A stretch of DNA of 64,000 bases from the NCBI RefSeq assembly GCF_006345805.1, contig NC_042997.1, forward strand, positions 145,886,001-145,950,000, written 5' to 3'. Every line of letters begins with the position of its first letter. The first letter of the stretch is position 1. Positions 1 through 13,665 of the stretch are shown here, one piece after another. The notes beneath the pieces were generated by a model. It worked only from the letters and a program-made list of their open reading frames with translations, was not told the DNA's origin and did no database searches. The position numbers were made by a program, and so were the translations under genes. This stretch comes from Octopus sinensis (Eukaryota).

Positions 1-540
<540 letters not shown>

Positions 541-1056
541 CATGAAACAAAGACCAGTCTTTCATGACTGGTTTTTGTTTTGTAATATTCATTTACTTAG
601 TTGTTAACAAGCTTAAAAATCGATTATATCTTATACTTTAGTTGTTTTCTCTGTCGGTTATCGAGTCTGTCTAGAATAATGCCGCAATATAGATGTCTCG
701 TTTATTTCGTCGAGATCTTTTGATCTTCTATTAAGATTAACAAATTCGTTTATTTTTAGTTTATAATGGGTTCTGACTAACAATCGACATAAATAAAATA
801 TCTAAAAATCACCATTGAACTTATTAATGTACAATATTTTCAGACAATAATGTTCCATATTGTTTTCACCAAAGTCTTCTGCCTTGTTTTAGCACTTTCT
901 ATATCCCACAAACAATACTTGAAGATTGAAATCTGCTTCGTAAAGACGAAGAAAGAATAGTATTTTCATCAGACGACTAATAATATATCATAGGTAGGAT
1001 CCTTGGAGCGGGCGACAGTGATATACATACATACATACATATATACATTCATGCAT

Positions 1057-1091
<35 letters not shown>

Positions 1092-1333
1092 CAAAGTGGT
1101 GTTGTAGGGTACCGTACGAGTGGAATGTTATGTCCTTGTTACCAAAGACTGTATGTATGTAATGTTGCATTTTGTAACAACCAATAATTAATGCAACCAA
1201 ACTTCTACATGTTACTTTTGACAATCTTTTTCCAAAGAGTGAAACCGGTAAAGTAAATAAACGTCTTTTAAAATTGCATTTTCAAACCTTCTTTCGTATA
1301 TATTATATATATTTATATATATATCTATATATA

Positions 1334-1390
<57 letters not shown>

Positions 1391-1639
1391 TTTAATATAC
1401 ACAGTTACATAAGAGTTACTAATAATTTTGTGCTTTAAGATACATTTAATTGGTAGATTTATTTAACATGTCATGTATCGCCAAGCAACCTTTCGGGCTC
1501 AGTACACTTTAGATGTATTTAAAAGCCAGGACGCTACTCTATAAGAAAACCTGAGAAAAAAGAGTAAAAACGCAGTTGTTTCTGAAGTGTAAATACAAAT
1601 GCATGTGCGAAAATTTATGTATGTATGGAACTTATGATG

Positions 1640-1716
<77 letters not shown>

Positions 1717-1871
1717 AAATTTACAATACGGTAATAACGGATTTTTTAGAAATTTCTATCGGTTTGTTTCGAGACGCATAAATTATAAATGGTTATTGAC
1801 AATTTTGTCTTTTTTTCTGCATATTTGGCATTAGAACTTTTCTTTTGCCCTTATTTTGTAAGTTATATATA

Positions 1872-1924
<53 letters not shown>

Positions 1925-2209
1925 TATATATGTATGTATGTATATATGTATGTATATATATACATATATATATATATATCATTCAACCACGGTAGTGTTT
2001 GAATATATTCTTAAGTCCACCATTTCGTCAATCGCAGCAGCTTCCAAGCTTCACCATTGATTTAGTTCTCAACTAGTTTCACAAGTCGCTTTGAACAAAA
2101 TTTAGTAGAAGAGTTATGAGGTAAAATGTCAAGAAATTTCATGTAAGGGAGTAACACTTCAGCTATAAGAATAAAGAATATATTTCTAAAATCAATGCTT
2201 ACTTTCCAA

Positions 2210-2818
2210 GGCGGCGAGATGGCAGAAACGTTAGCACGCCAGGCGAAATGCTTAGCGGTAATCCGTTTGTCTGTCTCCTGCGTTTAGCCCCTTGTGGGTA
2301 GTAAAGAAATAGGTATTTCGTCTGAAAAAAAAGGCGGGGAGCTGGCAGAAACGTTAGCACGCCGGAAGAAATGCGTTGCCGTATTTCATCTGCCGCTACG
2401 TTCTGAGTTTAAATTCTGCCGAGGTCGACTCTGCCTTTCATCCTTCCGGGGTCGATAAATTAAATACCAGTTACGCACTGGGGTCGATGTAATTGACTTA
2501 ATCCGTGTGTCTGTCCTTGTTTGTCCTCTCTGTGTTTAGCCCCTTGTGGGTAGAAAAGAAATAGGTATTTCGTCTGTGGCTACGCTCTAAGTTTAAATTT
2601 CGCCGAGGTGAACTTTGACGTAGAGATTTTTTAATTAATTTTTTTTTTAACTAAAGATTTTCAAACTTCCGATACTGGTAGTATATGTTACATAGAGCAG
2701 AGTTTGTTCTCAACGTTTTTGACAAGGTTTTGTATTTTAGAAGCGATATTTCGTCTCTCTTTACGTTCTGAGTTCAAATTCTGCCGAGGTTGACTTTGCC
2801 TTTCATCCATTTCGGATC
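2210..2818 (+). mobile_element. Cluster of family A SINE copies and fragments
   Basis: Seen: ggcggcgagctggcagaaacgttagcacgc...gagttcaaattc...ggggtcgat consensus repeated. Confidence 0.85.
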
Positions 2819-4245
2819 TATTCCATTAGACGCACAGATTATTTAATTAATTATTTTTAACTAAACACTTTCAAACTTCCGATACTGGTAGAATTTGTCA
2901 CATAAAACAGGGTTTACTCTTAACGTTTTTGACAAAATTTTATATTTTAGAAGTTATTTCGTCAGAAGTTACAGAGAGAGACAATGGACAAATTTGTGTT
3001 TGATAAGCGTTAATACGCGAAGCACTCAGCTTTTGACCTACTCTCTACCTTCTGCCGATGATATAAATATATATATAGCATATATGTGTACAAAAGAGCT
3101 TCAACCTGGTCGCTCGGCACCCTAAAAATAGCACCCAAAGTATTTCCCTACCTAAATCACACGCCCATTGTATGTAATGTCCTAGATTATCCCTAAAAAG
3201 ACGATTTGCTGAAGGCTGGACTGTTTTTGATGATACGTTTGCAGTATCAGGGTTTATTTGAGGCTTAATAACAACAAAATTATGGTCAATTTCTATATTG
3301 GCACCCGCACGATTTTCACTAAGACAAAAAAATTTGATTTTTTGCGTGGAATCAAGTACCCTGACCTCCTAATATGTTGCAAATCCCTTATTTTGGTTCA
3401 GAAAAAATGAGGTTGGGTGTTCCCCACCCAATCTCAGAATCATTGGAAAATTTTTTTCTTTGAATGAATTCCTGTGATCTCCTAATATTGCAAAATTAGG
3501 TTACTTAAGGTGAGCCTGGTAACTGATGTTTTCAGGTCTTGTTGTTTGTAACTTTTGGTGAGCCATGGTGCAACCAACAACATAGTAAAAATCCCTACCA
3601 TTAATTTGGTGTGGATGGTTAATATCAACTAATTCAATCACAACATATATTTAAATTTAACACGAAAAGAATTTGAAATATTATCATCACTTTCATGGAA
3701 AAATTGAAATATTATCTTTCAGTATTTTATAAGGTAAAATCTTAAATTATTAATTGGCACATTATTAATTATCTTATAACAGCAATGCCTGGAAAAATCA
3801 TGGATTGCATGGAAAAATGCGAGCATGAAAAGTCATATTCTTAAGATTATAAACCTGGAAAAGTACAGGACAAATTATTAGACCTGTAAACGTATAGGAC
3901 AAGCTATTACTTCTAGTAAAGAATAAGAAACTTTTTACTTAAAATATTGCAGCTAAAATTAAAATTTGAATATCAAAAATTATTTTATTATAGTTTACAA
4001 ATAACATTATACTTATTTAAGTAGAACTTGGCTAATTTACTACCTTAAATACAGAAAAAAGTGACTAATTAGACAAACTTACAAATTAGCTGAACAGTTT
4101 CGTACAATAAATTTAAAAGGTGAGAACTGTAAAGAATGATAAATTAGAAGAACTGGCATTCTTTGCTGCAATATTTTAAGTAAAAAGTTTCTTATTCTTT
4201 ACTTTACTAGAAGTAATTACTTTATATATGTATGTATGTATGTAC

Positions 4246-5714
4246 GTATGTACAATTTATAAACAAGGGCAAAAGAAAAAAGATTTCTATGCCAGTATGC
4301 TGAGAATTGTTTATAATTTTCACCTTTAAAGGTATTTTAATTGTAAGAGAAAATTGTATGAAGAGCTTCAGCTGCTCCAGGAAAAAGACCATAATATCTT
4401 CAGTTCCTTCAATATATAGCTCCTTGCCATACCTCCGAAAAGAGTCAAAAGTGGTTGTCGGAGAATTTCTACGTCTTCATTCAACCCAATTTCTCGTGTC
4501 TTAATTCCCCCGATTGAAATCCCATGGATTACTATGTGTGGGGCATGGTTGAGATAAACACCAACCGCTCTGCCTGCAGCCCCGAGGCTGAACTGGTGGC
4601 CAAAACCAAGGAAATGTTCGAAGATCTTCCCAGGAATACGAGAGGAACACGTGTGCCAGTTTCCATAGCTGACTTCAAGCCGTGATGGAACCTGAGGCCA
4701 GCTACTTTGTGTAAACTGTTATCTCCAAGCTATAGTCTAGATGATATTTTAGATGTTTTAAAATAATTTTATTTTGGATGGGATATTGTATTTATCTTTT
4801 CCTTTTATGCAAACTGTAAAATATAGCCCGAACACCTGTAGTATGTATTTCGTTGTGCGTTGTGATGTTAGTTTTCTTGCATGTGTGCTTCATAATGTTA
4901 GATAAACGTATGTTGTGTGCAACGGTGCTTGTTTTTCATATCTGCTTTCTTTTCTCAGCAACTAAATATGTACTTTAAGAGATTGTTTGAAAGCGGTCAT
5001 GAAATTGTTCAAAGTGTTTAGGTAAGAGTTGGAACAGAGCCAAAATATCCTTTCTATCAGTTTAATTACGACAGCACTTCTGTGATTTCAGATCAAAATT
5101 ATCTACGTGTGTACTGCTAGTCAGCTCTCAAAAATGTAAGATTTCAAGCAGATTCATTTAATCACGATTTCGTCTTCTCAGTAAGGAGTGTCATATAGTG
5201 CTTCTATGATGGTATCGGTATGTTCTTCAGCGAATATTGAATCTGTTGCGCCACCACCAGCTTCAATTGTTTGTTCGCTTATAGTTACAGCGTGGCAGAC
5301 AGGAGTAAGGAAAGAAAAAAACACACACAGAGATCATGCTATGGGCATACTGTGAACCCTTCAATGAGAATGAACCTCACTCATAATTCAGTGATATCAG
5401 TCACGCATTTTGTGTTTACGTAATGCAGTCTAAGTCAATATCTTATACATACATACATACATACATACATACATACATACATACGTACATACGTACATAC
5501 ATACATACATACATACATACATACATACATACATACATACATACATACATACATTCATCCATACTTCTAATATAGGACAAAATCTTTTCCAAAAAAAATT
5601 TCAACAAAGCGGCAGCATATTAAAATACCTTTAAAGGTGAAAATTATAAACAATTCTCAGCATACTGGCATAGAAATCTTTTTTCTTTTGCCCTTGTTTA
5701 TAAATTGTACATAC
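4246..5714. repeat. Perfect 96-bp inverted repeat (4246-4341 / 5619-5714)
   Basis: Seen: base-by-base reverse complement. Confidence 0.9.
4440..4845 (+). mobile_element. 3' fragment of a Tc1/maT-like transposon
   Basis: Seen: translation NSPD*NPMDYYVWGMVE...ELVAKTKEMFEDLPR...LQAVMEPEASYF. Confidence 0.7.
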
Positions 5715-5720
5715 ATACAT

Positions 5721-5778
<58 letters not shown>

Positions 5779-5794
5779 GGACGGACAGACAGAC

Positions 5795-6150
5795 TCACAC
5801 AGAAAGCACTCCCTTCCTGATGACTTCCCATAAAACCCCAAAGCAGCTGGACTAACGTACCTCAACGAAGATCTGGATGTGAAACGCTCAGTAAACCAGA
5901 AAAGCACTATGCATGGGTCTATTTCCCGAAGACTTGCAGGAGACATTACTATCGACATAAAATGCAGCCTCGCTTGGACTCGTGACCGCTACATCACATC
6001 ATATTTCGGTAAGGCATGCATTTTCAATCCCAAGAACAGAAGATTGTGATTGATTACCTAATAAAGAAAAGACATCGTGAAGTCGTTGGAGCTCCAAGAT
6101 GCAACCAAAAATGTAGGTTTCTGTGGAAGTATAAATTGTAATAATGAAGT
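5795..6150 (+). mobile_element. LINE fragment, C-terminal region (R4/Dong- or RTEX-like)
   Basis: Seen: MHGSISRRL...LAWTRDRYITSYF, then after a frameshift QEQKIVIDYLIKKR...CNQKCRF, resembling the QEQEI...CRLC zinc-knuckle region. Confidence 0.55.
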
Positions 6151-6332
6151 GAAACCAAATAATGATGATTTCAAAGCATTTAGTACGTACGTTTCAGAAA
6201 TGAATAATAATTAAATACGAAATGCATCTATCTACGCAAGATTTTCAGTTAATACATTTCGAAGAATAAACCAATTGATGGAAATTGTTCTACATATACG
6301 TGTGTATGTGGTCAAGCTGCTGATCAGGCCAG

Positions 6333-6410
6333 TATGTATGTATGTATGTATGTATGTATGTATGTATGTATGTATGTATGTATGTATGTATGTATGTATG
6401 TATGTATGTA

Positions 6411-6441
<31 letters not shown>

Positions 6442-6750
6442 ATGTATGTATGTAGGTATGCATGTAAGTGTGCGTGTATGTATGTATGTATGTATGTATG
6501 TATGTATGTATGTATGTATGTATGTATGTATGCATGTATGTATGCATGTATGTATGCATGTATGCATGTATGCATGTATGTATGTATGCATGTATGTATG
6601 TATGTATGTGTGCGTGTATGTATGTATGTACGTACGTATGTATGTATGTATGTATGTATGTATGTATGTATGTGTGCGTGTATGTATGTATGTATGTGTG
6701 CGTGTATGTATGTCTGCGTGTATGTATGTATGTATGTATGTATGTATGTA
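6333..6750. repeat. (TATG)n compound microsatellite
   Basis: Seen directly; explains the ORFs at 6232-6811. Confidence 0.98.
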
Positions 6751-7079
6751 TGATGCAAGTGACAACCCAGTTCCACTGCTTCATCATATTCTTCAACAGG
6801 TGAATAACTAAGAAGCTCTCATCTCTCTTGATATATTATAGTTGGCCGTTGATTCCTCTGCATCATGACCTTTGATTCTTTGATGAATTGCATTTGCCTA
6901 GATCCCGCACACCTTCTTTCCTCTGCAAATTAAATGAGTTTGGCCCGTTTAGTCAACACCTCGCCATACACGCGAGAGGTTTTACTGGATTATATGACAT
7001 GATTATCACATATATAAAAGGTGTATTTCTTTTATACACGCAGATGCGTACATTCATACAGACTTGCACACATACATAC

Positions 7080-7122
<43 letters not shown>

Positions 7123-7123
<1 letters not shown>

Positions 7124-7228
7124 CAGTTCCACTCCGTAGAACCTGGGGCAAGCGTCTTCTACTGTAGCCTGGGGCCGACCAAAACCTTGTAAGTGGATTT
7201 GGTAGACGGAAACTGAAATAAGCCCGTC

Positions 7229-7287
<59 letters not shown>

Positions 7288-7398
7288 GTGTGTGTGTGTG
7301 TGTGTGTGTGTGTTTGTATATCGGTATTTGTCCCCCACTATCACTTGACAACCGGTGCTGGTACGCTTACGTCCCCGTAACTTAGCAGTTCGGCAAAA
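7123..7398 (+). mobile_element. Family B SINE, partial
   Basis: Seen: matches 25010-25245. Confidence 0.8.
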
Positions 7399-8537
7399 GA
7401 TCAAATCACTAGCTATGCAAGTACATCTCCGTAATTTTTAAAAATCACTGTAGATAAATGCCGGCAATGTCCTTCTCAGGTCTTCCAATGTTTTAATTTC
7501 TAAACAGAAACAATTGGGGGCAGGGAGTGCGGTTGCAAAAAGTTAATAATTTCTGAAATTTTCTTTTTTCTAGCATATAAATGTATTTATGGGGGGAAAT
7601 ATTGAAAAACATCAATACATGCGAGAGTGATAAAGAAACGAGGAGAGATGTCTTTGGATGTGCTAGAAACAACAGCCAAAGAGCCCTTAAATAACTCAGT
7701 TTTCCCTCTGAAAATATTAACAATTATTAACATTTTTTATCGAAAATGCTCTTCCCGTCGTTTAGAAGTGCAAAAAAAAATTGGCCAAAATAGGTCCGGA
7801 GTAGGATGATGAGGGAGGCGGGTGTAAAAAAAAAAAGAGTTTTCAAAACTTTTTTCATACAAAGATGCACCCCCACCCCAACGCCATCATTTCGAAGGCT
7901 GTGTTTTAAAAGAAATGGGGAAAATCCCCGATAAAATTTTCTCCACAAAATTTGTTTATAATCGTAATCTCTGCCGTTTAAAAAGGATTTGTATAAATTT
8001 TCATTAAAAAATACCCATCTTCCTGAAAGCTAGGAAGGAAAAAAATCAGATTGTGTGAATTTTCCGAAACTCCTCTCTCCACCCCCTCGGAAAAATTCTT
8101 TCCCATAAACTCCTATATACTATGAAGCCACAATATATAAGCGGTATTTGTAGAAAATTTAGTTAAAAAGTATCCATTTTTTCTGGATGTTATGAAGCAA
8201 CAAAATTGGGGGCGTATACATCTGTAGTAATGCCCTTTTATTTATACGCTATTTTCATTTTAAGTTTATTTTATTCATTGTTTGTAATGTTCTCTATCCT
8301 CCTCCTCCTCCTCTCTCTCACTCACACACACACCCACACACACACACACAGCAAAGCTTACAGATGGGCTGCTGAATTGAAATCTCTATGTTGTTCTGAG
8401 GGGAAAGTAAAACTTGACAAACTACTCCCTTCGTTGCTGGACTACCGTGATGTTTGTTTTTAAAAAGAGAGATTATGACTGTGATAAAATAATGGAAGCA
8501 ATATTTAGTAAGCAAGTGAGCACTATGGACGTAAAGT

Positions 8538-8918
8538 GGAGGCGCAATGGCCCAGTGGTTAGGGCAGCGGACTCGCGGTCATAGGATCGCGGTTTCGATT
8601 CCCAGACCGGGCGTTGTGAGTGTTTACTGAGCGAAAACACCTAAAGCTCCACGAGACTTCGGCAGGGGATGGTGGTGATCCCTGCTGTACTCTTTCACCA
8701 CAACTTTCTCTCACTCTTACTTCCTGTTTCTGTTGTACCTGTATTTCAAAGGGCCGGCCTTGTCACTCTCTGTGTCACGCTGAATATCCCCGAGAACTAC
8801 GTTAAGGGTACACGTGTCTGTGGAGTGCTCTGCCACTTACACGTTAATTTCACGAGCAGGCTGTTTCGTTGATTCGGATCAACCGGAACCCTCGTCGTCG
8901 TAACCGATGGAGTGCTCC
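8538..8918 (+). mobile_element. tRNA-derived SINE, full length (family C here)
   Basis: Seen: A-box tggcccagtggttag and B-box ggtttcgattccc head; body recurs at 51568-51885. Confidence 0.85.
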
Positions 8919-9004
8919 CATAGACGTAAAATATAAAAATTATTAGAATTGGGAATCAAATGTGAAAATATCATGAAGGGGTTAGCAGAAAACTAGTCTT
9001 TCTG

Positions 9005-9365
9005 CTAGTTTGTATAACGTGCAAAATATTCCGTCGTCACTCGATACGATACCAGTTTCAAGTTCACAAGTTTTTCCAGGCTTAATCCTAGATCCATGTG
9101 CTCCCTACACAATTCGAGCGCACATCCCATAACAGCGTTGCAACGGAGCATTTTAAACTTAACTGGTCCTGTCTTATTCAGCACTATTCCGGAAGAAACC
9201 TTAGAAGAAAAGGAGTCCATAGCATTCAAACGGTACCAGGACAGATTCCTTAAAAAAGTTACTAAATTAACCAACGAATATCGGATACATCTAGGAATAT
9301 AATAGCACCTTATTCGAGTGAGCGATGGTGTCCTAAAACATGACTTAGAAGACTACTCCAAATGG
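9005..9365 (+). mobile_element. 3' end fragment of a CR1/L2-type LINE
   Basis: Seen: LNPRSM...LQRSILNLTGPVLFSTIPEETLEEKESIAFKRYQDRFLKKV, matching the usual GPxLFNxLP...FKxxLDKFL C-terminus. Confidence 0.6.
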
Positions 9366-9444
9366 TGTTATTAAATTAGACATGATTTGGGCCAATAATA
9401 GTCAAACCCGGGCTCAAATTATATCTTTTAAATGTATATTCGTT

Positions 9445-9870
9445 ATTTTCTACTTGTTTCGGGCTTTAGACTGCGGCCATGCTGGAGCACCGCCTTGAAG
9501 AATTTTAGTCGAATGAATCGACCCCAGTACTTATTATTTTTCTTAAAGCCTGATGCTTATTCCATCGTACATTTTTTGCCGAACCGCTATGTTACAGGAA
9601 CGTAAACGTAACAGCACCGGTGTCAAGCGTCGGGAAGGAAGAAACACAGACACAAGACAAACACACATACACACACACACAGACACGTGTGTGTGTACAT
9701 ATATACGACGGTCTTCTTTCAGTTTCCGTCTAGCAAGTCCACTGACAAGGCTTTGGTCAGCCTGAGGCTATAGTAGAAGACACTTTCTCAAGGTACTATG
9801 AAGTGAGATTGAACTCGAAACTTCGTGGTTCGGAAGCAACCTTTTCACTACGCAACAACGACTGCGCCTA
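9445..9870 (-). mobile_element. Family B SINE
   Basis: Seen: reverse-complement match to 24964-25374. Confidence 0.8.
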
Positions 9871-11152
9871 TGTATGTATATTTGAAATAAATATACGCTT
9901 GAAAGTAAAGCTGTTCACTATGTACACATATGCGCGCGCACACACACACATGTATAAATATATGTTATACCTCCTAACAGTTTCCGTCCAAATCCCATTT
10001 CTATTATAACCCAAGGTTTTAATAGAAAAAAAATAAATAACTTGTCGACAGTGTAGGTTCGAACCCGGAGCTCCGGAGATGCGCGACGAGCTTCTTAATC
10101 ACACAGATTTGCCATGCCTGCATAGTAACAACATTGTATAAGACATAGTTTATCATCTATCAACACCACAACACAGCTATAGTAAAATACTCGGCTGCTA
10201 CACCTATCGATATCCTTTATTTTGAGTCATCAATGAAGCCTGTATGCGGTCGACCCTTCTGCTAGAAATAGCAACCCAATCGTCTTCAAATCGCATTCTA
10301 TGGCTTTAAAAAAAAGCCAGAAGTGTACTTAACTCAAGACAGGCTATCCGAATAAACGACAGACAGGTTAGTCACGTACAGAATGCTTTTGATCATCGGT
10401 CTGGTCAGAACTGACCTGGGACGAAACGACTATTTAATTTCTTGCTTAAAGTCAACTCCTTTCAGGTTTTAATCTGATAGAAAGAAAGAAGAAAGAAAGA
10501 AAGAAAGAAGAAAGAAATAAAGAAAGAAAGAAACCATAGATAATATTATAATCCCGCCCTTTCATACAATCAAATAATTTATTAAATACGCAATAAATCA
10601 ACATTTCGACAAATAAATGTTTGGAAATGACAACTGTCTGTAATTACAATCAGTGACCCTTCCAAAACAAAGTTTCATTCTACAATTCAAGAGATGTATT
10701 TGAAAAATCAAATCAAATCGTTTTTCTATTTCTTTAAAATTTTTTTTTAATCCTCTTTGGAAAGTTCATGTATAGGGACATTAAAAATTGATTAATTCTA
10801 TATCTCCTTATCAACTTTATCTCAAAGCAAAAAAAAAATAATAAATTTGCCTATAAAAAAACTACAACTGTCTCAGAGTTCTATAGAATTGTTAAATAGA
10901 TTTAAGCTGGGACACATACAACAGAAGAATCGAGCTTAAATTCATTTATTTTGTTGGTCTCCCAATCTATGTGATTACATTGTTTACAGCAAATTTCAAT
11001 TTGTGTAGATCCTCTCTATATATATACCTGCCTGTCCTGTAGCAAAAATCTCTTTAGCTGACAGACTGTCATTCTAGATTTTATTTACCGTTTCTTCGGC
11101 TCTTATCATTTTTTTTTATCTTCATTTATTTGTGACGCTTTTCTGTCTGTCT

Positions 11153-11183
<31 letters not shown>

Positions 11184-11522
11184 GTTAAAATTCTTTCTTT
11201 TTCTTTTTTTTTTTATTCAATTCACCATTAGTTCGCGTTCATCCTCTGCCTATCTCGATCTTTCTTTTTCTGTTTCTCTCTTCTTCACTACTTTCTCTCC
11301 AACTGTCTCCTCTCTCTCTCCCACCTCTCTTTCTTTATTTCTTCTTCCTTTCTTTATTCATCTCTTTCTTTCCCTCACCTTCCCTTTATTTTATTTTCGA
11401 TTTCTTTACTATATCCTCATAATTCAATTTTAGACTTTCCTCCTCCTCATTCTCCTCCTACTCCTCCAATAAATCTCTTTTTATTTAATTTTCCGCTTTG
11501 AAAGCACACACGCGCGCGAACA

Positions 11523-11554
<32 letters not shown>

Positions 11555-11846
11555 GAGTTCTAGAACCTGTGCCGGTGTCTCCTCCTTTATTTCCAACTCA
11601 TCCAGCCCATATTTTGTCCTTTCATTCACCCACCATATTTAACTACCCATATTTCCAATTAAACCTCCACCTCTTTTTCATTTTTCTTTTTCTGATTTTT
11701 TTTCTTTTCTTCTTTTCTTAAATCTTTTCTATTCTTTCAATTTATTTCCGCCCACAAAGAAAAGACAGACAGACAGAACGAAAAGAACGAACGAATGGAA
11801 AGAAAAAAAAACCACGTGGAGATGTTGACATCAAAACCAACAGCAA

Positions 11847-11877
<31 letters not shown>

Positions 11878-13229
11878 TACAGCAACAGTAGCAGCAGCAG
11901 CTACAACAAGAACATTAATATCACAATGAATAAAAATCAAGAAACTGACAGACGACTGACACGAAACATCTGCTCCACCCGTGTCGTCACAACTACTATC
12001 ACGGTTACTACTACACATCTACCCATTACTTTTTTTTTTCGTTCACCATAGTACCTTCTTTCTATACATCTTCCTTTCCCTCCCATCATTATCATCTCCC
12101 ATTTCAAACAACGTCGTATCGATCAGTAAATCTGGTATGGCGGCGCTGGCGTTAGTGGTGACGTTGATGGCGGTGGTGATAGTAGTAGTAGTAGTAGTAG
12201 TTGTGGTGGTGGTGGTGGTGGTGGTGATAAAGCTATAGCTGGCTGTGGCAACGTTTGCAAAAGTCGAGTTCCGATAATGAAATTTCCAGTTGTTACCAGT
12301 TGTGAATTATTGACCGACTGTCGTTGGTGATAGTTTAGCCTGACCTAAGCAGTCTGGGTTTGTCTGACCTCTGAGTTTACTTGCCTGTTACTATCTCAGC
12401 TCACTGTCTGACTGCCTGCAGCCTCACAGACACAACCAATCAATATTGCTATTTACACTCACGCTTTTGCTCTGCATTATCTTGTTCTATATCTATCTGT
12501 ATATCTAACTTTTGTGGCTAGTAGGAGATAAATAAACTAGACAGCACAGATGAGACGAACTGCTTAAATGCGTTGCTTGTTTTGTTAAGTAGAATTGTCT
12601 GACAATGTTTGTAGGTTATGTATGCATGTAGCTGTAAGCCTGTCCCAACATGTCTGGTAGTACGAGCTGCAGCTATTTCTGAAATAAATTTTGCCCTTTG
12701 TTTTATCAGTATTATTTCTTTGAATACGTTTCATTAAATTCGTTTTCCTCCCCTCCTTTTAAATTTAATCACAGTCTTTTATTTTTTATTTTTATGTGAG
12801 AATTAAACAAGTTCCCGAACAAACAAGAAAAGAAAAAAATTAATTTTTGTTTTTAAGTTAGTCTACAGAACATTCAAAACTTCACACTCAGACAGACACA
12901 CACACACATACAAACACACACACACCACACACACACCTGCATACACACACACGCGCGTACGCACACACATACAGACGCACACACAGATAAACAACAATCG
13001 TTGTAAATATCGAAAATAAAGGCCAATAATTCCATCCGGATTAGAAAAATTTCGGACGGTAGAGAGCTTATCTCTACAGAACAGCAGTCCCGAAGTATTG
13101 ATTTCCTATATTTGTACCAGAACAGAAATTTGGAGGGAAATAAGTGATCGATTGAACCGGCTTCAGTACATTATTGATACGTATGTTATCGCTTGACATT
13201 TAACCCCAGATGGATTGTATCCAGCATGT

Positions 13230-13560
13230 AGAGTCCCACCTCGCTCCGAGTTACCTTCAAAATTCCACACAACCGAGAAAGGTGGAATGCACCCGCCCAA
13301 ATATCTCAACGAGATCATCGACCTTTATAATCTTCCTTCAACCTTCACCACCAATTGTTATTATCGTTGTTACCACAAGACTGCCCAGTTTGAGCAAATA
13401 TATGCTCAAAGGTATTCTCCCTGTGACCAACCTGTCGTTTTTTGAACCTAAGTGTATCTAGAACAACATTATTTAATGTGTCCTTCATTTTAAAGACGTA
13501 TTTTGTTCTTATTACTAGCGTTTCGATTGACTGCACAAGGGCACTCCACCAGCTTTGGCA
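13230..13560 (+). mobile_element. Possible LINE (I-group) ORF1 relic
   Basis: STFIIFLQPSPPIVIIVVTTRLPSLSKYM weakly resembles the TFILTF..P..P..I.IG..RLPV..YIP pre-knuckle motif; inference only. Confidence 0.25.
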
Positions 13561-13606
13561 CAGAAGGTTATCCAGAGCAAGCTTTTCACTCTGCATTAAA
13601 TCTTAC

Positions 13607-13665
13607 AATAGGGGATCCAACTCAACAGTGTTACCATACTAAGAGCAGTAGCTATTTTCAGCAAC
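13607..13665 (-). CDS. Coding exon (59 nt, phase 2/1): (M)LLKIATALSMVTLLSWIPY, hydrophobic segment
   Basis: Seen: acceptor tttacatgcttacag, donor gtaagat; only one open frame; phase matches the 73-nt exon. Confidence 0.72.

Noticed and set aside
4959-5021. 63-nt plus-strand exon candidate (ttttctcag / gtaagag)
   Set aside because: All three frames contain or end in a stop, and no partner exons were found.
5170-5335. Short minus-strand frame ending ...IIEALYDTPY*
   Set aside because: Its only plausible acceptor is phase 2, incompatible with the gene model; no recognisable motif.
7560-8130. Degenerate terminal inverted repeats of a MITE (also 17223-18551)
   Set aside because: Similarity too short and imperfect to support boundaries by eye.
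8362-8395. 34-nt minus-strand exon candidate (cccctcag / gtaagc)
   Set aside because: Gives a stop (T|AA) when joined to the 59-nt exon; no bridging exon found.
8538-8615. tRNA gene
   Set aside because: It has A/B boxes but continues into a SINE body repeated elsewhere; no complete cloverleaf or terminator.
11795-12238. Poly-Q/A/S/V coding region
   Set aside because: Triplet repeats with stops in all frames; more consistent with UTR or non-coding DNA.
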